From NCBI GenBank assembly GCA_012295275.1, contig CM022677.1:5828001-5892000 (forward strand): 64,000 nucleotides of DNA, given 5' to 3'. The notes beneath the pieces were generated by a model. That model saw nothing but the letters and a program-made list of their open reading frames with translations, was not told the origin of the DNA and did not search any database. The position numbers and the translations under genes were made by a program. Below are positions 30,415 to 45,617 of this stretch, piece after piece (positions within the stretch are counted from its first letter, which is position 1; each line of letters opens with the position of its first letter). The stretch comes from Chrysomallon squamiferum (taxonomy: Eukaryota > Animalia > Mollusca).

Positions 30415-32467
30415 CTGTTAAAATGAAAACAGCTCAGACTGTATTCTCAGCTTTTGTTCTATAAATATAATCTTGAAATATTTTATAAAATAATAAAATC
30501 TAACTAGATTTTAATAAAAGTCCTCATTTTCTAAATAGTGATGTTAGATTGTTATATAAAAATAGTCATGAAAACATAACTATCACAACACTGCTAAAGT
30601 GAAAACTTAATACTGTTGTAATTAATTACTCTTACATCATATTTGAATCAGTTCATTAGAAAAAATTTATAACAATTAACTGATAATTATCACAAAGCAT
30701 TTGTAGGATATTTCCTCAATTGCCGAACTAAATTATGATATAATAATTACCACAATAATTATTCTATGTGATAGTTTAGTTTTGCTCACTTGGATATCAT
30801 CAAACATTTTATACACAATGGAAGTGGAATCAGCTCAGCACTGGGAATGACTTCAGTGATCATTTGACAAATCTAACATTTAACTGGACAGATGAGTTGG
30901 ATGTTGAAGGCAGTTGAATGTTTAATTGCCATTGATTCCTTTAACAACAGATGTAATATATGGCTGCAACTTTACATTGTGCATGTCTGATAAATTTAAC
31001 AGAGACTGAGAGACTCCATCATAGAGGGATAATTAGAGGGATACAAGGGAAGATTTCAGCAATGGAATTATTTTTAAATTTAGTTTCCTAAACCTTTCAA
31101 CAATTTGAGTTAATAAACAAGAATTACATTGCAAACAGCTACTATGAACTGTTGGTATCAGAATATTTGTTTCCCCTCACTTTTTTCAGGTGTAGTTCTA
31201 TATTCTCTTTGTGATAACTACTGTGTACAGTATGTATCTACTGAACTGACTAAATATCACTGTAAATAGGGATTCATAAATTGTAGATAGGTGGATAAGT
31301 TGCTGAGGAATACATTTGTCTTGAGAATAGGGATATCTTAGATTTTTTTTTTTACATGAAAGTGAAAACATTTATCCCTAAATCCATATATCGTTGATAA
31401 TTATTTTCAAAGATGTTGCACTGCGCCCCAATATTGTAATGAAAGTGCTACAATAAAACAGTTTTTTATGTTTTTGTCAAAATGTCAGGATTGGAATCAA
31501 TGGTCTGAACATGAAGTATCAATATACGTCCATTGACAAGACCCTTCATTTTGATTAAATCAATGATTATAATGATGAAGATTAACAAGGTCCTGCCTAG
31601 GTAACTGAAGGAAAATAGCCTGAGGATTATGGGGAAAAACAGAAAACCTTAGAAAAGAATAATTTGCAAGCAGTCCAGAGCTATTCAGGAAAAGATGGAT
31701 TGCTACATTACTGTTTCTCTGTTGATACTACCACAGTGTAAGTAGTAAAAGTGTCCAAGAAAGCCAGGAGAATATATTTCCTAAGTGAAAATGTGGCAGA
31801 AATTAAGGAGCCATTATTATTATTATTATTATTTTTATTAAATTCTGGAAAGACATGAGTGATGATTGTAAGAACTATAATTCCAATTGTGAAAAGTGTA
31901 AAATGATAAAACAAATAAGTTAACAACTGCACCTTTATCTTTTCAAGTTTATTATATATGTTTTTTCTTTTTCAAACAAATACTGTTGGAAATGACATAT
32001 GTATTATCATGACCTCAGTCTTCTAAACTCAGGTGTGCATCCAGGAAATGTAAGAGGAGATGCTAAGTAACCTGAAGAGCAGATCGGCAACTAGTGGAAA
32101 ATGTTCAGAGGATGAGCGTGACAGACATCAAGTTCTGCTAGAAAATTTTGAAAACTTGGGTGTGTTTGGAGACAAAAATTTCAGTTTGAATGTAATGAAT
32201 ATCACTGACAGGTTTTGATGCTTGATTTTATCAAAGAATTATGCTTATCACAATGTTCGTAGTCGTAAGACTTTAGCAGTACTAACTTTCACCAAATATT
32301 AGTTTATCTAAGCGTGGGTGGCGGAAACAAATATTCGTTCACCCAGGGGTACAACCATTTGCCGAATAGTTGTTCCTAGTGGAACAAGTATTCTTTCGCA
32401 CCGGTGCTATTTTTGATTATCCTAATTCCCCGTAATCAAAAACAAAGAAAACTTGTCAAACATATCA

Positions 32468-32640
<173 letters not shown>

Positions 32641-33119
32641 GAATAGACAGAATCCAAGGAATTGTATGTTTATTCGAATAAAAAAGAAAATGCATTACCA
32701 GTTTTCTTTAACATTTTATTTTCTGATACTTCACTTAAGAACATGCCGACATTTTAAATCACGTGGTTCTGTTTAATCACGTAAAATATGGACCAGGTTG
32801 CGGCTTGAACCTGAAATCTTAGTTAATAGAAGCAGTCTTCCGATTAGGGCAAAAGCATGCAGTAACTTGTCAGTCTAAACATATATAAGAATGCATACTT
32901 CAAACCACAAACATGGGTAAGTTGATTGCGGGGGGGGAAACTGACTGAGTTCAGCTCACATGCAGGTTAAACAACAGTTCACTTCGCTAACAAATTCTGT
33001 AATATGAATAAAAGTACATTTCTTTCGGTTTTCCTCAAGGGAATTATGAAATTCTTGAGGATTATCCAGTTGCTGCATGCAGCCATTTGATATTAACATC
33101 AAAATATGCCAATTTATCA

Positions 33120-33646
33120 CGTGTTGTTCCCCTTGGGTGGGGCGTGCGGCACTTTCGACGTGTGCAAAACGTGCACGCCGTCGTGGCGAGTGTGGCAAAA
33201 ACGTTTCCAGCATTTACCAAAGGTGCTGCACCTTTTGAAAATGCGTTTGAAAAAAAAACGAGAAAATTTTCAAAAACATGTGCGTTTTTTGTGCACGTGT
33301 CCGAAACGAGTTGTTCCCCTTGGGTGGGGCGTGCGGCACTTTTGAACCATTGCCCCACTAACCCGATTTTTCCCACGTGCTCGGAAAAAGTTATTGCACT
33401 TTGAAAAAGGTACCCCTAGCATTTTCAACGAAACTTGAAAAAATTCGATTTTCAAAAGTTGAAAATCCGTGTGGCACTGTTCCGTTTGGTCGGGAAAAAT
33501 ATTTCGACGTGTGCAAAACGTGCGCGCCGTCGGGGCGAGTGTGGCAAAAACGTTTCCAACATTTACCAAAGGTGCTGCACCTTTTGAAAATGCGTTTGAA
33601 AATAAAACGAGCAAATTTTCAAAAACATGTGCGTTTTTTGTGCAAA
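33120..33646. repeat. CpG-rich composite repeat, A-B-A-C-B arrangement (probably transposon subterminal or satellite)
   Basis: A = ttgttccccttgggtggggcgtgcggcactt at ~33124 and ~33311. B = ~142 bp tttcgacgtgtgc...tttttgtgca at ~33153-33295 and ~33502-33644. Confidence 0.85.
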
Positions 33647-33671
33647 AAGCTTTTTCTTCGTATATACTTGC

Positions 33672-33705
<34 letters not shown>

Positions 33706-34231
33706 TGATGAAAACCTATGCAATTATTTAACAGAATGAACTGAAATGTAAGCCCAGAACAAATTAATTTTAAACTCAAAATCAAAATGGTTAAACTCAA
33801 CAACACGACCACAAATAACCTCCCTTGAATCACTAGCATCAACTACTTTGAACAAAAACTATTAGTATTTTTTTAACAAGAGGAGGTCAAATAAGTAAAG
33901 AAATAAGTTGTAAGAATTAAAAATATTATTGCCTTTGCTATTAATGTAACGCTTGATTCCATTATTTTCAATGTGATCTGTAATACTTTCCTTCACAACC
34001 CATACCCATCCACCTGCTTAGTGAGAACAAAGTTCACTTCTGAACAACGAATGACCGTCTTCTGTGGCTGCCCACATTTTCGCCGTGATATCCTCAGAAT
34101 AAAACTACGTGTTTTTTAGAAAGCGCAAAAACTGTTAATTTCATGAATTCTGCTTGACCAGGTATTTTTTTTTTTTTTTTTTTTTTTCGCAGAAAGAAAG
34201 AAAATGTTCAGCTTAAAAGCCTTTTAGTTTT

Positions 34232-34363
34232 TAAATTCCGAAACAAAGTTTTGTTCGAATTATGAAAGGAAAACATCATTTTGAAGTGAAATCTATGCTC
34301 TTTCAGATGAGATTACTTGAGCCTTTTTAACACGAATGAGAAAAACAATGCGGGCCAGAAACG
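34232..34363 (+). mobile_element. Fragment of the repeat also present at 45000 and 50160
   Basis: gaaacaaagttttgttcgaattatgaaagg...gcgggccagaaacg is nearly identical at three sites. Confidence 0.8.
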
Positions 34364-35665
34364 AAAAAAAAAAAAAAAAAAAAAAAAATTGAGATTACTC
34401 ACATCATATTAGAATGAATTCATTTGAAACATTTATGACAATTAACTGATACTTATCACAAAGTATTTGTAGGATGTTTTCTAAATTGAAGTTCTGAAAT
34501 ATATCTATAAAATAATTATCACAATAATCATACCATTGATATACTTTCTTTTATTTTAAGTATAATAATTAGTAGAATAATGATATCAATTTATAGCTCA
34601 GTTTTGAAGTAAATATAATAATTATACTAAGATATATATTAGTTTTGTAATCAATATTTATTTTATACTAAGATATATATTAGTTTTGTAATCAATAGTT
34701 ATTTTATGTTATATCTTAGTTTTGTAGTAAACGTACTAATTATCAGAACAGTTGTAGTAAATATGATAATTGTATCAATAATTAATCATAATTGTATCTT
34801 AGTTTTTTTCAATTGTAGTAAATATAATAATTATCACAACAGTTATATATTAATGTTGTAATAAATATAGTAATTATCAGAATTATTAGGAACAACTAAA
34901 TTATATTATTAGTGTTAACATTTGCATCAAATTACATATACAAAATAAATGTATAGATAATATCTGAATAGGTTTAATTATACTCTTACTGTAGTAATAT
35001 ATACCTGGAGAAAAGTTAAGCACTAAGATAATGAGTGACAACATGTAACAACTAATTACAACTATGTGAGAAGCCAGTGTATCAAGTCTCCATGTTTTTT
35101 CTCAAACTGCAGTATGCACAGATATCAAATATGGATTTTTGACTCAATAGCTCAATTATTCATAGTCAACTTGGCACAATGGTGGACATCAGAAACACAA
35201 AGGTGACAGATAATAAGAATACATTCAACAGGTCAAACCTACAGAACATCAGCTTGACAACAATTAACACTCATGAGTTCATTAGTGACCTCCAACAGGC
35301 TACATCCAAAACAAAGCTTTAACACTTCTGCCTTGGCCAGTCATGAGTCCACTTTTGAATCCACTTGAGCACATTTGTGTATATCAAACATTTTATATAG
35401 AATGAATGTGGAATCAGCTTAGCACTGGGAATGGCAATAGTTCATTTGACAAATCCAACATTTAACTGTAGACATGAGTTAGATGTTGAAGTCAGTTGAA
35501 TGTTTACTTGTCATTGAACCCTTTAACTACAGATGTAATCTAGAAACTCAAAGTAACATTTTCTCTCTAAAACAATTTCTTAAACTATTTTAATTCTGCC
35601 ACTCCACACTCTTGAATGATTTTCTTAGTGTTAAATAGTACTTGATAATTATGAGACAATACTGT

Positions 35666-35698
<33 letters not shown>

Positions 35699-37094
35699 AA
35701 ATCCTATATCCACTACTGGGATGCTTAATATTTTTTTTCAGGTGTATACTGATTTGTATTCAATTTAATTCTTAAAGTATTTCATAATATATTTACTTAT
35801 TTAGTGTTATAAGAAATTCTTAATCTACAAATGTTATGAAATAAATCACTATGAACATGGATACTACTATTAATCAATCTTACAAGTCTGTCATATCTGT
35901 TAAATAAATATTTCATCATTACTCTTCTCTACTGTGTCTGCTTGTATAAACATACTTTGACAATTTATAATATTCAGCTTTCAGTAATCTGATACATGTT
36001 TCATACCAAATCTTGGTTACTTTATGATTTCATGTTAATGTGCAGACACAGTTCATTTGTGTTTGAAACTGTCATCTTGACAAACAACCAACCCAGAATT
36101 AACATCTATAAATAGTAAAACATTCAACCATTATCATACTATGTACAAACTCTTTCTTTATGTACTATTTATTTTTTTAAAAATCATTTCTCTACACTAG
36201 ATCTACTTGTACATGAAATAAATAAATAAATAAAATATTTCATATATTTAAACATTATTCTACTATAATTATAACGTATCATTTTGTTTCGATATATATT
36301 CCTTCACTTAAATGTAAATGTATTTTCATAATAATACTAATAGGCATTATGCTATTATGTTCATAAATAGTTAAACAGTTTGCTGAGTAAAAATTATTGT
36401 ACAGTAAATATAATAATTTATGACAGATTGAAGATTTACATTCATACACAAACAGCTCCACTTGAAACAAATGTTTTCTTTGCTGTGTCAAGACAAAGTG
36501 AGTAAGAAACACTGTATTTATGTTTCAAAATGTTTGGATAAAAGTTAGTGTCAGCTAACTGGGGTTACTTGATTACATAATGCTTGCTGAAAACTGATTA
36601 AATATTTGAAGAAACTGAAACAAAAAAACATACCAACTTATTTTCTTTTTTAAATGAATGACAAGTGACAGAGAGATTTTGCTATATTGGAAAAATTAAA
36701 AAGACAAAACAAACATCATCAGAATTTCCAGTAACAGTTTCTGGTGTCAGAGAGAAGAATTAAATTTGCATACTGAACTCAGTGTTAGATATTTTATGTA
36801 AATCTTGAAAACTGCTAAACGTTAAAAACTAGTAAAGAAAGAATAATAAATAACAAACTACAACAAGACTGAAAAGTCATTTTTCAATAAAACCTGGACC
36901 CAGCTTGTGACTAGCTTTGACAACTGAAGTTTTATCAGTCTTCCACTGTACACTTATAATATTAAATTTTACTATTTTTACTGGCAATCACATTTATCAG
37001 ACTTGAATTTGAAATCTGTACATGTATGTGTGTTTATGTGTTTCTGCTTCTGTTTGTGTGTAAATGTAAGTAATTTGAACAAATAAAACATTTA

Positions 37095-37935
37095 CTTACT
37101 TATGTTGTTACAATTCAGTTTAACCCATCTTTAGATTTTAGCTGTTTCATGTTAAACCAGTTTTCTGACACTGACCATACAACTCTTCAATCCTGTCAAC
37201 AGAACAATACAAAACTTACATACTGATTTGTTTTGCTTCTTAAATTAATACTGTCAAGTATTACATTTTCTTTTATTATTATTATGAAATAATTGCTGTC
37301 ATATGCCCAAAATATTAATTAAAAATTTTAAAAAAAGTTTTAAAAATTAAAAATAAATGTGCTATAACAGCTGTCTTTCAAAGTATCAGAAATCATAAAC
37401 AGACTTAAAACTGATGCTTCAAATAAAATTGTATTTATTTATTTATTATCAATGTGCATGGCTCTGGTTAGTTTACAAAATAAAATTACATGAATCAAAT
37501 GTGATAAAATAAAGAACTCCAAACCTTTACAAAAACAGATCAGCACTACTTACTATTATATTTGTAACACTAGACTTGTTTCAGTCATTGTTTTGATTGC
37601 ACACACGTTACAGAGATAGCATTTTATACCTAAACCAAGTGAAAACTAAAACTGTTCATGAAAAATTGAGTGAATCTCTGCTGCCATTTAGAGATATAAA
37701 CTTAAAATTAACCACAGAAAAAGAGATGAATTCACATTTATAAATAATTTACTGATTTACTCATCAGCTCTGTTCGTTGTTCATTATAAAACTGACTGCA
37801 GAATCACATATATACATTACTCTCAAAATATTTACCTGCTTACAATTCAGTTTAACCCATCTTCAGTATGTTAAGCACGTTGTCTGTCACTGACTATACA
37901 ATTCTTCAGTCCTGCCAACAGAACAATACAAAATA
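37095..37935 (-). other. Two paralogous exon-like segments (~37100-37192 and ~37836-37911), possibly upstream UTR exons
   Basis: Both share ttttgtattgttctgttg(a/g)cag acceptors and gatgggttaaactgaattgtaa, and end at GT donors. Confidence 0.4.
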
Positions 37936-38910
37936 TATAATTTTTCAAATTATTAACGTATGTGTCAATTTTCATTCAGAAAATTAATTAAAATAAATCA
38001 ATCAAATATAATTAAAAAAAAACAAAAAAAAAAAACAACAACATTTTCTTTGAAGAAACAGCTCCAACAAAAACAAAAATCCAATCTCTCAGAAAATGGA
38101 AAGAGTTATACTTAGAAGAGACAGGATGAAATTTTGGAAGTTTTTCCATATCTAAATTGTTGTTACATTTAATATCACCGATGAAATAATTTTAACTCTT
38201 CCTACAGAGAATCTCAATTAATAAAAAGGAAAATAGTCACAAACAATCACTAATATTTATTTTTTTTTTTTTTGCAAAAAATCAAAATACGAAGATATCA
38301 AGAAAATCAAAATTACTAAGGAGAAAGAAAATAAAATGAACTAGAGAGTGAGAAAATCAAAATAACTATTCAGAAAGACTATGTGGTTTTGAAATGTAAA
38401 TTGCATGTGTGTGAAACTACAGTTATTATTATTGTTGTTGTTATTAATTCATTTGTTAATACTTGTTTAGGAAACTTTAAAAAAATATGTTTTTAACTCA
38501 CTATACTTTTTATTACTCTGTAAAACTACTGACTGGGCAAGCACTGTGGTATTTTGGGTCTAGTAATAAGGTTTGTAGTATGTAGTAATTCATTCAACCC
38601 ATTATAAGACAAATGTCAGCAATACAAAAAGCTTTGGCAGTAACAGAGGCAAGATGTAATGACTTAGATACATTTATTTTTAGGCACTCACTAAAACAGT
38701 GAAGTTTTTCATGATGGATGTGTGTTTACTTTGAAAAAGAATATATTTACTTACACACATATACAGTGTTCACAGTTACTTCTTTAAAGTTTAAGTGCTG
38801 GTTCAGGTCTTAAAAGACTATTTTGAAAACAATTTTCGTTTTAAGACAACATAAATTGTAGTTACTTAAAAAAATTACATTTTTCTTGATTTACAGTGAC
38901 AACAAAACCG

Positions 38911-38950
<40 letters not shown>

Positions 38951-39530
38951 TTTTTTTTATTTTATTTTTGTTGTTGTGATGTCTAAAGACTGTAACCAGT
39001 TATTTTCGACAAATATATGTGTGTCTGTGTGTGCGCGCGCATCTGTGTGCGTGTATGTGTGTGTGTAAATTTGTATGAAGTTGTCACTACAATCTTATTA
39101 AGATATATACATACATACATGCATACGAAAAGTCACAATTTATATGATCATGGTGACTATTTGACTGGTTAAGTATAATCGTGGTAAGACTGAAATGACT
39201 GGTGTAATAACATTACAGAACCCATAAAAATAAGGGAAATAACTCAAAAATAATAATTAAAATAGGTGTATTTTTGTTAATAATTGACCAATTAGCTTCT
39301 TAACTTTCCGTAATAATAGTTAAGCTCCACTTAAGTTCTGTACCCAGTATTGATATCTGTTGTATGATAAAGAATAGAGTGCATTCTCTGTAACACATCA
39401 CATAAACATCAGCAGAAAAACAAACATCTCACACTTAATATATATAACGTGAGTCAGAAATAGATAAATTTTATTTATTTATTATTTTAAACTGTTTCGT
39501 TTTTATTTTTCAATATTAATTAATTAATTA

Positions 39531-39580
<50 letters not shown>

Positions 39581-39759
39581 CATACAGATTCTCAATAAAC
39601 AAACACTACTTGCTTCTATCTGTGTATTATTGTTGTTGTTGTTTTTATTTATTTAGAAAATGATGAGACAAGTGTGTCCGATATTATATACTCTCTAACA
39701 TAGAGTTCTTATTAAAAAACATAGCTTTTTTAATATAAATATATTTTTACTGTTAAACA

Positions 39760-40822
39760 AATTATTATATGAAATTGTATTTGCATGTCTCATGTATTTA
39801 TCTTGTCAACTTTTTCTCGCATTTAAAAATATAGGATCACTACATTCAAATATACAGTGATATCATCTCCAATTTTGTTAAGATTACAAATATGACATTT
39901 TCTATTTTCTTTTAGAATATTAGACCATGGTCCACTTTTACTAGGAAGTTTAGCATTCGAGGTTCTAAATTTACATAACACATTAACTTTCTTTTTTTGA
40001 AAGTAAGATAGTTTTCTAATTTCAATCATTTTAAAAACAAAATATAATTAAAACCCTTTGAAGACGTGTCAGTTTGATTTTTCCATATTTGTTGATATTC
40101 ATCAGGTAAATATTTTGGATATCGTTTCACGTAACCATCTAACATTATCAAAGTTGTGATATGTCCATATATATGTTAAACCACAATCATCTAAAATATT
40201 TTTTACAAATCTGTTCAAGAAGAGTAGCTAACATGCATTAAATAATATAGGTGTGAGGAAATCTTGTTTTGGTTTTTCAAGTGCCTTCAAAAGGTTATCA
40301 TTCTTACATTTATAGAAATACAAAGAGGATACCGTCCTCGATCATAAACCAGGGGTACATTTAGTAACATTTAATAAATACTTACAAACTTTCATATGGA
40401 GTCTTTCTATTAGTTGTACATTTGCAAAACCCCATATTTTACAACCATACAATAAAACTCGCTGTATTAGTTTGTCAAATAAATGAAATACACAGTTGAT
40501 GGAGAGATTATTCTGACGACTTTCAGCTATTAGGCTATGCATAGCTTTCATTGCTTTGTTATATTGTTTTCTTACGCTGTAAATGAATAGACGGTTTCTT
40601 GTAAAATGTATGCCAATTATGTTTATAGTTATCTACTATATCAATAAACTCTCCATCAAATTTAAATATATAATCACTAGTTTTTCTCCTTTTACCAAAA
40701 ATCATTATTTTAGTTCTATTTGTATTAACTTTAAGTCTCCATTGTCGGCAGTAATTGGCAAAAATGTTAAGATTATGTTGTAGAGCATCCGGTGATTCTG
40801 CTAACAGTATTGTATCATCCGA
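39760..40822 (-). mobile_element. 5'-truncated, degraded non-LTR retrotransposon (LINE RT C-terminal half plus Cys/His motif; RTE-X-like, clade tentative)
   Basis: ORFs read SDDTILLAESPDALQHNLNIFANYCRQWRLKVNTNRTKIMIF, LFDKLIQRVLLYGCKIWGF..IERLHMKVCKYLL and LCKFRTSNAKLP..RKCHICNLNKIGDD; many frameshifts. Confidence 0.9.
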
Positions 40823-41267
40823 CGCAACATGCACAGGTTACACTGCATGATTTCTCTTCTATTTAACGTCACGCGTTCCACGTATGGTTTGCCTCGAAGA
40901 AAACCTCAGCTTGACAGTTTGACCTTTGACTTCAGCATTTAATAAAGATGTTTTATAATCCACACAATTTGTTTTTATCTTTGAGGTAACAGTTTCAGGT
41001 CGTGTCACACTCGAGTTGCCTCGGCTGAAATCTTAACACTTAGACTAAATAAAACAGATTTGCATACAAGGTAAGAAATAGATAAATAGAACATAGGGAT
41101 AGTGGGGCAGTATGTACCAACAACATACAATGAACAATAATATCTTGCTTACTCCAGAGTGTCAAATTAATCATTTAAATTTACTTACTTCAATCATGTT
41201 TAAGAATTTTGATTAAGCATTTAAGTAAGTAATGAAAAAAATTGATGTGCTAATGCCCAACAAATTC

Positions 41268-41361
<94 letters not shown>

Positions 41362-41727
41362 ATAGACATACCACACAAATCCGCATACATAAAGAAAGAG
41401 AGAGAGAAATATACTGTTGAACATTTTATTTTAAAAGCGTTCAACATTTTATTTTAAAAATGCACATTCATATCATATCCATTATATATATATATATATA
41501 TACAAACCTGTTTACATATACATAGATATAGATGTACATATTTGTTGTTATAAGTGTGCCTGTAAATGTTTTACGAAATGTATGTCTCTCCGCTTGTGCA
41601 AACCTGTTTGCGAGCCTTTAGTTTACAAAAAGAAACTCTTACATTAAAAGAACGAAGGACAAAACAAAAACGACAAAACATGCTAACAATTAATTTATAC
41701 ACAGTAAAAAATAAATAACAACAACAG

Positions 41728-41803
<76 letters not shown>

Positions 41804-42583
41804 GAAATATAATTTGATATTAAACTTTGAAATCTGACATACTGTTTTACAGAGAATACCGTGTAATGACATTTTTCTATTCTCAAACTATGAGCGTAAC
41901 AAAACAGGTTTCAGATTGACCTTGTTAACAACTTAACCGTGAAAACTATTAACCCGCGATCTGTTTTCATGTCTATACATATAATACACAGGGTAAACAA
42001 AAAATTAAGAATAAAAATAAAACTAATACTAATAATAATAAGAAAAAAAAAAAAAAAAAAGAGAAAGAACAACAACAACAACAAAACAATCTATACAGTA
42101 ACAGCTATGATAATACAATGAATAAAATAAACAAATGAAATAATAAAACCATATCAAAAACAAAGTTATAAATTTAATTCTTCTTCTGAAACACATAAGA
42201 CAGGAATGGAGTGATAACTTAAAATATACTTTTTCATAATATACCTATCATCTAGAGGTAACACACACAGAAACACATACACACACTCACGCACACACAC
42301 TCTCTCACACACAAACACAGTGTAATAAAAGAAGAAAAATATCACTTTTAGAAAAAAAATTAAAAGTACAATGTTACAGTACAAGACAGATAAAAGAAAT
42401 GATTTGTCAATCTGGTTGTAGTTTTTAAATTATTATACTTCTATAACTGTTTTCAACATTTACTAAACAAAATCCCTTACATTGACTTCAAAAAGCATCC
42501 TGTATTTCTCTGTGTCTAATACTGCAAACAGCTAATATCTAATAGAATTTTTGTTTTGTTTGTTTATTCATATGATGCTTTTA

Positions 42584-42639
<56 letters not shown>

Positions 42640-42917
42640 AAGCGGAGCAATCAACAATGTTGATGTTGGTGTTTTGTAGTCATTTAACTGGTGATTCAGA
42701 TATCATATATACAATTGCAGTTTAATAATTAGAGATTAAAGAGAACGATACTCAGCCTATTAGCCAGGATATCTGACAGTTAAAACAGGTAGGTAGTGGG
42801 GGAATTGTCACGAGTGGTAAATGATCTAGGGGGATATCACCTGACAGGGGGGAATTAATTGTAGGTAATATTTTAAATACAATTCCTGTTTATTATCTGA
42901 AATTCAACTGGTTAATC

Positions 42918-43038
<121 letters not shown>

Positions 43039-43148
43039 CATGCACCAGTGCAGAATCTATTCAGATGTACATAAGACAGAGAATATCAAAAATCTTAAAC
43101 TGCATAGGTACATACATACACACATACATACTTCCATACATACATACA

Positions 43149-43180
<32 letters not shown>

Positions 43181-43389
43181 CATATACATGCATACATTCT
43201 TCATCAAGAATAATCACGATACTCTCCATCATTGTACTGGCTACATCTATGGTAGTTTTAACGTCTGTGGTTGAGTAAATGTTAATGAGTGTGTAATTTA
43301 TTTTCTTTTGTGTATATGTTGTTAATTAAGTGTAAAAACACCCTGATGTGGACTATGTGTTCCCACACGAATGCATATATTATTGTTGT

Positions 43390-43431
<42 letters not shown>

Positions 43432-43436
43432 TAATA

Positions 43437-43508
<72 letters not shown>

Positions 43509-44690
43509 GTGGTTGTTATTTACATCTTCGGAACATAAGATTGAATCATTCGATATGTTTTTTTTACAAATGACAATGATATAGACGCATAATAATCTGA
43601 CTATTTTATAAGATAACTGAACATAGCATTCATTATTATTTTTACAAACTGCTCTTTTATCAACGTACACATCGCATCCATTATTGGTGTTTCGTTTTCA
43701 TTTTATGTTGCTGTTGTTGTTATAACCTGGTTTACTGTTAAACAGATACACAATCAACAGTCACAGCTAATAACAGTATAGTACAGACGTGCTTACCCGA
43801 GAAGAGATGGAAGTAAAACTGCAACTGCTTAGACTAACAAATTCACAGAAAAACATATGTCGTCTGCTTGTTCTGTCACTCATCAGCTTGAATACATTGA
43901 GTGATTTTGTTAAAAGACGACATGTCACAGGTTTGAGACTTACTATTATCTCTCTATCAAAAGTATTTTGGTTGCTGCTATTGTTTATGTTGTTATTACT
44001 GTTGTTGTTGTTTTGTTGATGTCATAATTAGTATTATTGTTGTTGTTTTTGTTATTATTATCATATTTGTTTATCTACCTACTTATTTGATTTTTTTATT
44101 ATTGTTTATTTTTTATTATATTTATTTTTGATATATACATCAGTCAAAAGACATATAAAACAACTACATATATATTCTGTTTATAGTCATACACATAAAA
44201 TAAAATAAACAAATAAATACCTCAAATAACAAAAGTATTCGAGGAAAAAAATTACGAAGTTCCTCAGACAGAAACGTTTCTGTGCTTTACTGATTGTTTT
44301 TCTATATTAATTAATTATTTTATCTACTTACTTAGTTACTTATTTATTAACTTATTAATTTAAATTCTATATTTCTACATACAACATGAATAACTGTTAC
44401 ACGACTAATTTGCACGTCTCATAGTTTTGACTCTGTATTTCCTAGTACAGTTCGTTCTCTATAAAGGTTTCACATTGTGTCCACAATCATCCACATCTGT
44501 TCTCTGGCTATTGAAGCTAAGAAAAGTTTTTGCATTATTTATTGCATGTTAAAAGCGACCCTGCAAACATACAGAAAATAAATCCTAGATCTGGACTTGT
44601 GTTTTTATTAATTTATTATTTTCATATTTCGTTTCATTTTATACATACATACATACATACATACATACATACATACATACATTCATACAT

Positions 44691-44734
<44 letters not shown>

Positions 44735-44999
44735 AGACCGTGTGTGTATATGTGTGTGTTTGCGGGTTATTTTCTGTCTACTTACAGTTGTTTTGTAGCT
44801 GTATGTTTTCTGCAATTCGTGTACATGTGTGTATGTTTGCTTATATTTGTGAATGTTATGTATGTATATGAGTTTCTACGGACGTGCTTCCGACCACTCT
44901 AGTTTAGAAAATTAAACAGTCACAGTAAATGAATGAAGGAAACGCAGACGGAAAATCAGAGTTTTTATACATTGTAAGAAAAATATAATGATGATATAT

Positions 45000-45312
45000 A
45001 AATTTCGAAACAAAGTTTTGTTCGAATTATGAAAGGAAAACATCATTTTGAAGTGAAATCTATGCTCTTTCAGATGAGATTACTTGAGCCTTTTTAACGC
45101 GAATGAGAACAATGCGGGCCAGAAACGTTCATTTTCTGATACGTAGAGAGGCATGCCACGCTGCTTGAGTGCGTGAAAGGTTGTGATTCTTCAAACAATA
45201 ATTAAAAATCACACATTTTCATAGAACAAAAACAAACACTGAAAGGAGGAAATGCGCAGTGCAGACGCCAATACCAAATTTATGCGTCTGCAAGAGGGAG
45301 TGATCCTTCTAG
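45000..45312 (+). mobile_element. Non-autonomous Helitron-like 3' terminus (second copy ~50160-50478)
   Basis: Stem-loop tgcagacgc-N15-gcgtctgca (45260-45292) followed 16 nt later by CTAG (45309-45312) and then T. The internal part is shared with 34232-34363. Confidence 0.5.
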
Positions 45313-45579
45313 TAAATTTCAGTATGTACATATTGTGATAAAAAAATTATTTTAATGGTTTTTCACTATTAAAAATATTATTTGTTATAATATTAATAAT
45401 AATAATAATAATAATTTTTCAAAGAAACTAGGAAAACATATATCCTTTACTATTATTATGATTATTATTAGTATTACTATTGTTGCTGCTGTTGTTGTTG
45501 TTACTGTTATTATTACTGACATCTTCCGAACAAATGATTGTACGATATCATTTTTTAAAATCTTCAAATGAAATTATAC

Positions 45580-45617
<38 letters not shown>

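Noticed and set aside
31480-32405. Possible decayed DNA-transposon coding remnant with a caccgg-ending terminus
   Set aside because: Looks less AT-rich and vaguely protein-like, but all frames are broken and no family motif or matching second end could be supported.
32956-33842. Cluster of overlapping ORFs on both strands
   Set aside because: They arise from the GC-richer A-B-A-C-B repeat; no protein motif or splice structure.
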